Part shown: positions 24,982 through 37,900 of the stretch, in pieces
Position numbering within the stretch: position 1 is the first letter of the stretch
How the letters are laid out: the number at the start of each line of letters is the position of its first letter
Assembly: GCA_012295275.1 (NCBI GenBank)
Contig: CM022671.1
Coordinates: 12,090,001 to 12,154,000, forward strand
Length of the DNA stretch: 64,000 nt
Origin: Chrysomallon squamiferum
Lineage: Eukaryota; Animalia; Mollusca
Reading direction: 5' to 3'
Made by a program: the position numbers and the translations under genes
Notes under the pieces: model-generated
Told to the model about the DNA's origin: nothing
Database searches by the model: none
What the model saw: the letters and a program-made list of their open reading frames with translations, nothing else

Positions 24982-27793
24982 GTTAGTTTTGTGTGTTTAG
25001 ATATCACTTGAACAAATAAAATATTTAATTTCACTAAGTAATATATTAACTGTTGCTACACAGAAAACAAAACGAGCAAACATTGTTAGAAGTATTCTCA
25101 ACTACGATTTGTCTAATAATTCTGATGTTTTTAAAAAAGATGGATGTAGAAATATAACATAACTATAATTTTTTCACAATATCGTTAACTATATATATCT
25201 TTTGTGTGTGTGTGTATACACACACACACACACACACAAATATATAGGTAACAGGCATTTTGTTTTGTTTTATGCCATGCTTGAATCTGATTCAACTAGT
25301 GGTTAATTTAATCATTGTAATTAGATTTTTTTGTTGTCACTGGGGTTTAACCAAGTCAATGTTAAAAAGCTGTTAATATATATATATATATATATTAAGA
25401 AAAGTATATAGGTAACATCTATATTTTTAATAAACTGATATTTTTAAACGTGTATATGGATGTTGATAATTTGTTAATTTTATTTCTTGTTTGATGTGTG
25501 TGTATATATATATTTGCTTCTTCAAAATAAAATAAAATTAAAAACGGTAACACAAACAAATTAAGGTCTAGTAATTAGCATTTTATTGAAACAAGTATGT
25601 TTGTACAAAATTATTAAGACAAATATCACATGCAATATATGTACAATGAACAGAGTCTGGTGTATATTCATGACCGAAATGACACAAAAATAATGAACAT
25701 GTCACTAAAGAAATGAAAATGAATGAATGAAAACATTAATAAGAAATTACTAAACATGATATACCAACATAATGAATATAAATGTAGGCCATAAAAATCC
25801 TGATTGGCAATATTAGTAGCATTTTATGGGGGGATTTTTTTTATCTTGTAGCAAAATCAAAATTAAATGCGATATAAATACTAACTTTTCTTAGAAAAAA
25901 AAGAAAGAAAGTGAATGAACAATTGAATAAATGATGACTTTAGAATTTATTTATATGCAGAGAATGAGCAAAAAAACCCCACCAGAACTGACAATGTCAA
26001 TCAAATCAAATATAGTTGAGAATCTGAAACGATACATTCAATCTCAATGACTTGTGTAAGAGCTTAAATGATCAATTATATCAAAGTGCATTTCAAACTA
26101 ATATCAAAAATACAATCAAGCAAAACAGATTTTTAAAATATTTTATCAACACTAATTAAAACAGAAACTTACTATTAGCAGCATAGCCATTATTTTTTGT
26201 GTGGAGTACTATATTCCAAATATATTTGTCTAACTTCATTTATAGCTATTGTTTAAATGTTCAATGAAAATCAGAAATTGTCAGTGTTGTTTTAGATAAC
26301 TGCCCCTTCACTCACATCACCATCCAGCCATTCTATAAAACAGCAATGAATTTTGATTTACAATGGGAAAGATTACAGCAAAATCAGTACATAAATGTCC
26401 CCCCCTACCCTCCAGAGTAAACCAGCCTGTCCAGAGTGGGAGTCGTCCAGCTCTTCCTGGAAACACTGGCACAGACTCTGTTACTAGACTTCAAACATCT
26501 GCAGTGAAATTGTGAAAGGCAGATGTAAACAAAGTGGCTATCAGCATTGACTAGGAAGTACTGATCTGGTAAAACACACAAACACGATTTTACCTGAGAT
26601 AAACAGTTGTCCAAGATGTCACATAAAATACAAAAATATGTTGTCAATGAATTAAACACTGTATTTAGAGGCCAAAAGTTATTTCCCCACTCATAACTAA
26701 TAAATGTGTTCAATATTTGTTTCTATTTAGTAAAACTAATTTCAATTTTGTTATTTATAATTAAACATAAGCCAAATATTCTCTTTTCAGTAAAGAACTG
26801 CTCTCTATTGTATTCACTCTGCAACTTGATTTTTCATTCTAGTGTTGTTGGTTTTTTTTTGATATTGTAATTGTATTTCAGCACAATTTCTTTTGCCTGT
26901 GAATTTCTAATTTCTAATTCATTTTTAATAATACATCTGAGAAAATGCATCATAAATAAAATGTTTGAGAAAGGCACTGAAATGATGATGCAGCTGATGA
27001 GTATATATTTTAAGCTAAAGATTTTCGTCAATGATAACCCTTTAAATTTAAAAAAAAAATCTCCCAAGCTAACATCCCAAAAAAACCCAACCAAAACAAA
27101 CTGAAAAAAATAAAATAAACAATAATAATAATAATAATTTATGTGTCAAGAATGCTCTACAATTAATTGTTAATAGATATATTTGGATTAAAATTAAAAA
27201 ATAAAATATAAATTTAAACAATAACAATTATTAACACTAGCAGCAAAAGATGAGTGGCATAAATCTACTAATACCACATGGTGACAATATATATATTATA
27301 TATACAACAAGTATGTGACATACAATACAAACATATACACAATAGATAATATTAAGTAGGGTGAGTTTCAATGATTTAATTGCACATATGGCAAACATAA
27401 AAAATGTTAACAGTCAGATCAAGAAGAAAGTGCTACTTTCTGAACATTTTTTAATAGTGTGAATGCACTAGAAATGGAAAAGTATGTTATTTAAGAGAAT
27501 CTGTAATGGTAATAATGCAAGACATTTCTTCATAAATTCATCCTAACTCTTCACAGCCATATCATTTCTTATTATACATTTAGTGTCTCTTATTACTTCT
27601 TTTGATGATAGATGAAAAGACTAAAATACACTGTCATAAAATGAAGTCAGGATGTCAATCTCTGTGGATGTAAGAACAAAAAAAAAAAAAATTAAAAAAA
27701 AAATTAAAGTTAAAAGTTAAAAAAAAATATATTACAGAAAATACAAAATAAAGATTAAAAAAAAAAAAATAGGAATTAATAATAATAATAATA

Positions 27794-27828
<35 letters not shown>

Positions 27829-29252
27829 TGGAGTGTATAACAATAAGCTTTTATTACTTTATAATCTCAAGTTTCCCTTTAGTTCTAATATTTTACACTT
27901 TTTATTTCAGATGTTCAAATATTTAATTTAGTCCAAATTTACATTACCAATTCTTTATTACTTTTTAATCATTCAAAAGAAGTACTGACATATAATTTCT
28001 TTGTGGACTAGGTGGAAAAGCAGTACAATAAATTACAAACTGGAATCATACACATTATAGTTTGTATACATACACACACTAAGTAATATTATATATATAT
28101 ATATATACATTAACATTCCATAAGGTATAGGTGGCTGAAAACCAAGTACATCATTTAACAGAAAAAGCATCTATATCACAAAATTTATGTGGTCTTTTAA
28201 AAACTAATATCACAACAAACAATACTTACAATAAAATGAGCAAAGAAAATGTATTTAAAATTGTATCAAGAAATCATCATCTAGAGATAAAAATTCAAAG
28301 CTGGAGTCAGTCAACAGTTGATACTTTTTAATATATAATTCATACTGTTATTTTTGCTTAAACAATGTAAATTTTACACATTCTTTACACAGAGTAATGC
28401 AAAAATCTTTATGTAATCTAATGAAAAACCCTGAAATAAACTGAAGGAAAAAGACAAAATTATCTTAGTGACCTGATAGTATAGAAGATGAATTTTAATC
28501 TTTCATGAATAATTTATTAACAAAGCAAGCTTACAAAATTTCTCACTTTTGATTTAAGACATTTTAAATCCATATTTTATATCATATTAACCAAAATATA
28601 GACCATGTTAATTTATTATCATTATTGTTAACTAAGGCAGTAACAAAGCTTTATGAAAACTGAATTGTTTTGTTAAAATTCTCAAGTAACCATACACACC
28701 ATATAAACATTCTTTATTAATGTATATCAATTTCCAATAAGGAAACACTTAAAGAAAAAAAGAAAAACATTAAGAAATTTACTATTCAGTTTTTGTTTAC
28801 ACATCTGTCTGCCACAAATAAAGACCGCCAAAATATTTTTGTTCGTATAATTTTATGAATGCCAATGTAAGAAACCATAACCCTGAGTTAATCTTAAAGC
28901 TGATGATTTTGTAACTTTTTATTTTACAAAAAGGTTAACAACGATCTTCATAACAAAAGGAGTGAAAAAACCGAAGAAAAGAACAAGAAGAAACGCCATC
29001 AATGTTTCATGCATTTGCCATTTAAGAATATCACACTTAAACAATATGTTCTAATTAACATTTATCACAAGCATGCAACATCACACACACACATTACATA
29101 CAATAAAACTGGGTATCAAATTTAGCTAACTACAGAGTGCAAGCTAAAATATGTTATTACACTAAGGATAAAGCATGTGATTTGCCAACCCTGTAGAATG
29201 AAAAATATGTTAAACACTCATGCACAGTAATTAAGTTCTAAATAAAATAATA

Positions 29253-29292
<40 letters not shown>

Positions 29293-30627
29293 TAATAATA
29301 ATAATAATAATAATAATTGTAATTATAATAAAATTATCCAAACAATAACAAAAAATAAAATAAAATAAATAAACAAATAAATAAGAAGTATATAAATAAA
29401 AGAAATAAAATAATTAAAAAAATATATAAAAAATATAAAAACAATAAATTAAAAGAACTGATAATGAATAAAATAATGAAAGAACCCTTCAGTACTTTTT
29501 ACAAAAAACCCCATAAAACTCACTAAGTAGCAATACTAGAGTAATTGTATGACAGTCTCTTATCATCTGTCAGACACAGGGTGACTAGAAAATTAAGTAT
29601 ATATACACTGATAATGAAAGCAGGATTTCAACCTTTTAATTCAAGACAATCAAAACTCTGTTTAATTCATGACTGGTTTAATTATTTATCATCACACTTA
29701 TGTGTAAAGATGATTTTAATACTTTTGTTTATTTTTATTATCTTTCAACAGTTGATTAAACAAATTTCATTTAGCAACAGTTTAAATATCATAGATAATC
29801 GTCAGATTATTCAGTTATGGAATACAAACAAGAAACAGGCATCAAGCTCTAAGTAAAAATGTACTCTCAACAGATTTTAAAAATTTTAAAGAAATAAAAT
29901 AAAAGAAGAAAGGAAAAATACCAGGTGTTTGGGGGAGCAAAAAATCCAATCTTTCTTTGCAAAATGTATTTTTATTTAACAAAAGAGACCAATATGTTAG
30001 TTATTGTTTTATTTCTCATTTAAAAATTAGTTTAATAAATATTTCAAAATGTAAATTTTTTGGAGGATCTACTTAATATAAAACAAAAAATTAATTTTAT
30101 TTATTAAAAATATATATTTATTTTGATTTCCTTCTTATATATAAAAATAAATACTATTTTAAAAGGTGAAAAATAAAAAAAATAAAAATAAAATAGAAAA
30201 AATTTATAAATGGGGGATAATTTACTAATGTTTTTTTTCTTTTTCAGTCAGTTAAATCTTTAATGGTGTACCAAACTGTTTATGTGTAACTAATTAATTG
30301 TTGTTAACATTTATAACAAAACATGTTAGCAATATTAACAGAATATATAAATAAATAAACAGTTGAAAAAAATATACCCCAGTATTTAATTTTACATGAT
30401 CTGAATGACAAATGGATATACTTTAATGTTAATTATTGGCTTGTGATTAACAAACTGACATAGGAAATACATAAAACTAAGTTTATATACATAGGACTAT
30501 TTAATGACTATAACACAATCAAGCACTAAGCATGCATAAGACAAGGGAAACCTGGAGACTTCTGTCCAGCAGAAATAGGCCTATGAATATTTACACAAAA
30601 TATATAACATGAACTAATACAGAGTTT

Positions 30628-31022
30628 CATATACATCATAATTACATCTGATACTGTAATACAGTGATTTTTTATACATGATTTGTCTATCTGATCCTTG
30701 TACATTATTAACATATCTGACAGTGAAGTATAATGATAAATTATAAATTATTAATCTGACATGATATATAGTGGTTATAATATTAAAATATCTATCAAGT
30801 GATCCGTCTACATTACAATTATTAATGACGCATAAATTTTGCTCATACATCATTATGTATCTGACATTGAAGCGTAGTGATCCTAATATATCATTATTGT
30901 CTCTGACACAGAAATATAGCATTCTTATATATCTGACAATAAAAGTTTAATGACCCATACACATCATTATTATTTCACATTGAATTATTAGAGATTTAAC
31001 AACCTACATACATCATTATTAT
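30628..31022. repeat. Degenerate minisatellite, unit about 40-45 bp (tacatcattat..atctgaca......tgatcc)
   Basis: The motifs TACATCATTAT and ATCTGACA recur at roughly regular spacing, about 9-10 diverged units. Confidence 0.7.
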
Positions 31023-31971
31023 AGAAAAACAAAAATAAAGGAAGATGTTATAAGAGATGATACAGGTACCGATCCATTTGTCTGGCTTCCAGAAATTTTG
31101 AAAATTTTGAAACTGGCTTCTTTTAAATTAAGTGTGCTTTGTTTTAATTCAAGTGAGAGAACACTGCTGTGTACAGATGAACCTTTCACAAGAATTATTA
31201 TTTTTTTTTTTTTTCAGTTTACACTCATTTTTATTTATTATCTTGTCTAAAAGACTAGCAGAAATGCAACTTTCTAGTGAAAAGTGTTCTATACAGGTAT
31301 TTTAAGAATTTTAAGTGAATTAGAAAGATCAACCACATAGTGCTTTAGAAGTGTATTGATTTTTATCTGTTTATTACAGTTTCATTATTTTATATTTTAA
31401 TTAAAATCTAGCCTGTATCCAAAAATCAAAACCTCTGGTTCCAAGCTTGCCACTACTTATGTAAATGGTTTGGTACTTGTATGATAGTTTCCAGGCAATG
31501 ATTTAGTGGGTTTTTTTTAAAGTCATTTGTGTGAAAAGATGTATGTACATGCTGGTTTCTTTTATTGTGCATAACTGGATGAAAGGTTAAAGATACAATT
31601 TATACGACATGAAATCATTTGGCCACAAAAAACATTTTTATCCTGTAATAAAAATAATAATGATTATATAAATCCTTGCATTCCTATAAATTAAAATTTA
31701 TTAAATCACTCTTCTCATTTCTTCTCATAACCATTTTGTGAAGATTTTACAAGTAAACAGTCATCTTCACTGCATTAAAAATATCCTTGTCCAGGATGAC
31801 TAATGCTCTGACGGAAACTAATAAAAGTGTGAAATCTCTCTGCTAGATTCCATTTTGATTTCAATTCCAAGAAAAATAATTCTCAGGAATAGGAAACATG
31901 CAATTATGCTCCCAAAAGAACAAGCTAACTAAGACATGCATATGACAATTTGTAACCAGCAAGTCCAGTGC

Positions 31972-34900
31972 CTACTGAAACAATGTCACCAACTGTTTGG
32001 CAGCCTTTGCAATATCATACGCAAACTGAATAATTTGCTGTGTCTTATGATTAGGGTCAAAGTCCTCTTCATGTCCAGCTATGGGTGGACAGTCTAAACA
32101 CTCTGCTCTCAGTTTTGTGGCACTAGTTGTGAGAAGTAGTAAAGCTGCACTGACCGTATCAGTTTTTATAATCTGAAAAATAAATGTTATTGCATTACCT
32201 GTTATCCATGAATTTAATTATGAAACCTATAATTATTTTAAATTTATAAAACTGTGTTATTTATTAATCCAGCAAAAGAGAAACCTTTAGAAGATAATTA
32301 ATAAAAATTCATAATTGTTATTTATAAATCTAGTAAAAGTGAAACATACAGAAAATAATTATTTAAACGTAAAAAAAAAACTATGTCATTTATGAATGTG
32401 ACAAAAGTGAAAGGTTAAGATAATAATCATTTAAAAATCAATAAAACTGTTTTATTTATGAATCTGGCAAAACTGAGACTTGTACAAAAATCATTATTTG
32501 TAATTTATAAAATTATTTTTCACTCCCAATCACTCACTCAAAATTTATGACATTCTCATGCACTAAGGTACAAAATCTCTCAATCTCAAAATAAGTTTAT
32601 ACTAAAAGATTAAAAAAATAAATAAATAAATGAACTGAAATATTTATTTTAAAATTATTTTTAGAGATAGAAAATATTATAAAAAACTAACCTTTGGGAA
32701 AATTGACTCCATCTCAGAAACAGCTGCGTATATCTTGTCAGAACATGGACCATAACTGAAGATAAACAATAAAGTTTTCAAGAATACATAAACAGTAACA
32801 TAACTTGTTTGTAATAAATCACTATGTATGTGATGCATGTATGAATGGATTGCTATAGAGTTATTTAGACTGGTGCTTGACTGATTTATGTTTAGTAAAA
32901 GCTACTAACCAACCATCTTTTAATTATTACATATTAAATTTTTAAAAGAGGAAAGTAAGATGCTTTCAGTGTATTGTTAAATGAAACACTTCTTACTTAT
33001 TTTAAATATTGGCTAATTCTTATCAAATCCTCCCCCTTACCTTTGAAATATAAGTTAACAGTTTGTAAGAAACAACAATTCTAAAACTAGAAGACACTGT
33101 TCAACACACCTAGCAAGATCACCTTCTTGCGCTTTCTGCAACAACTCCTGTATCTTCTTTGTGATTTTTTCTGTTTTATGCACTACCTCTTCCTCAGACG
33201 GTAATTCCACTATTGCATCATCGACAGGCAGCAAGGCTTTGACCCCAGCATCATTAAGCACAGAGGAACAGTCATGAAAAACATCTGAGTGTGGTCTGTA
33301 AAATAATTTTTAATCTATGAGGATTAGTCTCCAACAGAATCAATTACTGTTGTATTCGAAGATATAGTATAATCTGCCATTAAAAATACACATATAAGAC
33401 TGTATATTTAGTGCAAATATACAAATCATATCAGTACAAGTTAATAACATCTACCTGTCTTCTATATTTGGCACAGGAGTATCATAATCTGGATCAGGAA
33501 TATTAGCATTGAGCAAGTCTTGGTTGGGATGATCCTCTGGCAGAGGAAATGCTGCTGATGCCTGTGAGAGAAAACAGTTTATTAAAGAAATAAAAACTAC
33601 ACCAAACTTAACCAAGATATGAATCAACAAGATATAACAGAATAAAATGTGCAAAGATCAATCATTTTTATTATAAATTACATAAGTAAATGCCACTATT
33701 TGAATAACTTGGTACAACTTATAGCTACATCACAAACCTGTCCATCAGCATTAATGTGGATATCAGCAACTGATGAGGAAGTAGCTATTATTTCTTCTTT
33801 GCTAGATCCCTACAACCCAAAATAAAATACATTAGTAATTACAAAACTCTTTGTCATATCAGGAAATCAATAATTTTAAATAATTAGAAAAAATAAAATA
33901 AACGGAACAATAAAATGAAAAAATATTTTTAACTAATATATAATTTTTAAATCATAAAATAATTATTGTAAATGGTGAAAAATATCATTATTCAGATTAA
34001 ATTTGTATGTAAATTATCATAAACTGCTAAATTGTAATTCTTATTATAACCTTCTGTAAGGATGACCTCAGCTGGTCTCTTGGCTCAAACATTGACTGGG
34101 GTCTGATACTAGACTTTGATTTCCGAGACTGAAGACTGTCATCAGAGAAATTTCCAGATGAAGTTCTGATGCTGGTGGGCAGACCATTAGGCAGAGGAGG
34201 TGGTGCACATGCAGCCTCCCTAAGATTTCTTTCTCTTAAAGCTTGATTCTCTTTTAATAATGTATTAATCTTTAAAAAAAGAGAAAATAAAATAAAAATA
34301 AAATAATAGTTTTAATGATTATACAAAAAAAAAAAAAAACCATGCACACATTTACACACACTTACTACATTCAAGATATACAATGGGTGGGCAAAAAAAC
34401 AACAACCACATTTTTGATCATACTGTCATTTGTGGGCAAACTTTCTGTATATTTTTAACATAAGGTTTTCAAAATATCACTTCCAAAAAGATACTCTCAA
34501 GTTTGGACAAGAACTGAATTACAACTTATTTCTCTGATAAAGATTGGCAAAACTCATAAAGGAATATCCTGGTAAGACATGGATATATATCAGTAAACAG
34601 AGTGTTGAAAAAGACAGAAAGAAGAGAATCCACTGAGAAGAAAGAGTGAAGTGACTGATCTAAAACAGCACGTACAAAATCTAGAGGAAGCTATCTGTTC
34701 TCAGGAGGATAATCGAGGAAGCTGCTTAATGACTCATGATATAAACATTTCAGACTAATTGTAAATACTAATTAATATTCTTACTGTGCTCTGCATTATC
34801 TGGAGTCTTTTCTCTAAGTCATGTTTGTCATGTGACAGGAGTTGAATTTTTGATTCAGAAATAGCAAGTGCTTTCTTCACTTCCACATATTCATCTGTAG

Positions 34901-37900
34901 AAACTGGCCCTTCCACTTGTTCTAACATGCTCTGAAAATTAATAATGTAAAAACTTAAATAAATTCACCAGTTTCGCATTTAGATTACTAAGTCAAAAAA
35001 ATATGTATCTGTAATTAACATGAAATTTATAGAAAAACTTTAAATGCAGTTTGTGACTACATCCGTGGTTAGCAGTGTGCTTCATCCCTGGTGGTCAAAT
35101 GCAGTTTGTGACTACATCCGTGGTTAGCAGTGTGCTTCATCCCTGGTGGTCAAATGCAGTTTGTGACTACATCCGTGGTTAGCAGTGTGCTTCATCCCTG
35201 GTGGTCAAATGCAGTTTGTGACTACATCCGTGGTTAGCAGTGTGCTTCATCCCTGGTGGTTGACTGGACTAATAAAGGAGTCAAGGTATGTCTATGGTCC
35301 AAAATGAGCTCACAAACACTGGGGTCAGTTATGGTAGTTGTTGTAATATGATCTTTTGCTGTTTAATACTTTTTGAAATTATGAAAGTTTTTACCTTTAA
35401 ATAGAGAAATTACTTATTGATAATATTTATTTAAGTAATTCAAACACAAGGGGTCAATGTGAGGTCAGCATTACTTGAAGAGATTGATGGTCTAAAGGTT
35501 CTGCCCACTACACTAAAATATAATTTAATTAACAACAGCAAGTCCTCACTAAAGTTCACAAAAATCAACAACAACAATATCCCAACACCCAAAATAAAAC
35601 CAGTAGATGGCAAAGTCAGTATGATTATTATGAATTCAAAAAATTGATACAATTAATATATATTATATAGATTCTGCATTATTTTCTTTTATGGGTTTAT
35701 TATTCAGTTCTGAAATAAACTGATGTTCATCTTAATAACAACACCTATTTAATAAAAATTGTAATGGAAAATAAATAACAATAACAAAAAGAAAACAAAT
35801 GCACACATTCTGAACATTTATCAACTAGAATATAGTATTAACGTTTTCTTATCAGACCTTTGTGATTTTTCTTTTTCATTCATACAGCATCAGATCATTT
35901 GATTACTTCATATTTTGACCTTTTAGATTTTATCAGCAAATTTCAACAAAAAGAAAAAAAAGAAAAGAGAAAGCAACTATATTAGATCACGTGTTTAATC
36001 TGTGAAAATCTACTGAATTAGTTTTTACACAATCTGAACATTGTTCATATGCACCCAAAACTCATCTCTATATTTCAAAAGCTATTTAAATAAAAAAATT
36101 TAAAAAAGAAAGAAAAAAAAAGAAACTAAGGGCAGAGAAAATATGCTTCATGAAAAGTAGATGTGGATTTGTGCAAGAAATAACAGCAAATTTAGCAAAT
36201 TATAGAATTGCCAGAAAAAGAAAAATGCATTTAAATATGCTACGTAACATACCAATCTATGTGTGGAAGTAAACAATTTACCATTATACACAAAATTATA
36301 AAATATCCCTACCTTTTTATATATTTAGTCAAATGTTTATTTAAAAAATTTGTTTTAAAATCAGATGTACATATGTAAATAGGCAGACTAAATGATTTCT
36401 TGATGGAGTTATAATTAAAATTTCTCCAGCTTTTATTATTATAGTTATATTTCATGTTACAGAATGAATGACTGAATTTTTAATAAGAAATGATGTATTT
36501 AATATTAATGATGATTAACTGTCACTTGTCCATTTTGTTGCATAATAATGCTACAAGAGAGGAAAGCACACAAGAAAGCAAAAGATAACCATTCACAGTA
36601 CACTGCTTAGGAATAATTACTGTACTCACGTATACATGAAGAAAATTAATTATAATTAACTATGAATACAGATTATAAAATGTTAACCTATATCTGATTA
36701 GTATGTTCTTGAAAAATACTATTTCAAATTCATTTAAAATTAAAAATTAAACAAATTAATTCAAAGAACTGTTTATAAAGACAACTGCAGGTGCAGGTTG
36801 GTGCAAAATAAAAGCATGACTAAACCTAATAAGAAAAGTGAATAAGGTTAGTAAGCATTTTTTGTTATGAGTATTAGTAGATGGTTATGTCAGCTCTAAG
36901 ATTTATATTAGCTTTGACTTTCTCACCTCAGTAAATGAAATAATGGAAGTTGGAGTAAATCGCTTCGTGGCTTGATCCTACAATGTGTACATTAGTTCAG
37001 TTTCTTATCTCCAGACAAAATCATATAATTTGTTAAATTTTTAATATGCACACTGGTATTTAAATTTTTAAATCAGTTTTAACAGACTATAATAAAGACC
37101 CACTTCACCAGAAGATCCAGTATTAAAACAGAAAGAAACTTTTGAACAAAGTAAATATATAATCACAAAACATTAACTAATAAAAGTAATAACTGTAGAA
37201 AATTTAACTAAAATTTGAAATCTTGTAAATTGTGATATTAAATTAGGATTTGAAAAATAATCAATAAAAATTAATAAATGCTGCAATGCTGTCTATGATC
37301 AAGTAAAATAGTAACAATAGTTTGACTCTTGATTTTATAGTTTCAGTTTTCCTCACTTTTGGAATTCTGGACCAAGTTTGGAATACAAAATCACAAAATC
37401 AGAACTATACTTCCATTTAATTATTAAACTATTCTGAGAGCCCACTATATGATCACACTGACCCTCTCTCAATCTACTTTCAATAACGGTATCCATAACT
37501 ATCCTAATCTAACAAACTTCTTCCAACATAGCCTACATTTTTCTTTACATTTGTATACTGTATGGCACTTGTTTACATTGTTTTTATGTCTGAATATTGT
37601 TCTTACATTATTATATTACTGTATTCAACAGTTGTTATGTGTACTGAAGTTTACTGTTTTGGTAAATTTCAGGATTAATGTTTATATCAATAATTTTTCA
37701 GACTTCTGTATTTTCTTGGATGTGGCGCTCCCCCCTATTAGTCTGTGAAGTTGAGGGTCAACAGTATTCTAAACCATTTTGGATTTTTATTTTATTTTTG
37801 AAATAAATACATTATAAAATATTAGCTATAAAGACAGTAAGTGAATTACAGCTTTATTATTTACATTAGCTAATATTATTTAGAAATATGTTTGCATGAA

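Noticed and set aside
35042-35260. CRISPR-like array
   Set aside because: The units are contiguous identical repeats with no unique spacers, the context is eukaryotic and there are no cas genes.
37435-37770. Possible LINE 3' fragment or 99-aa ORF
   Set aside because: The composition hints at an old repeat, but I could not identify any diagnostic motif.
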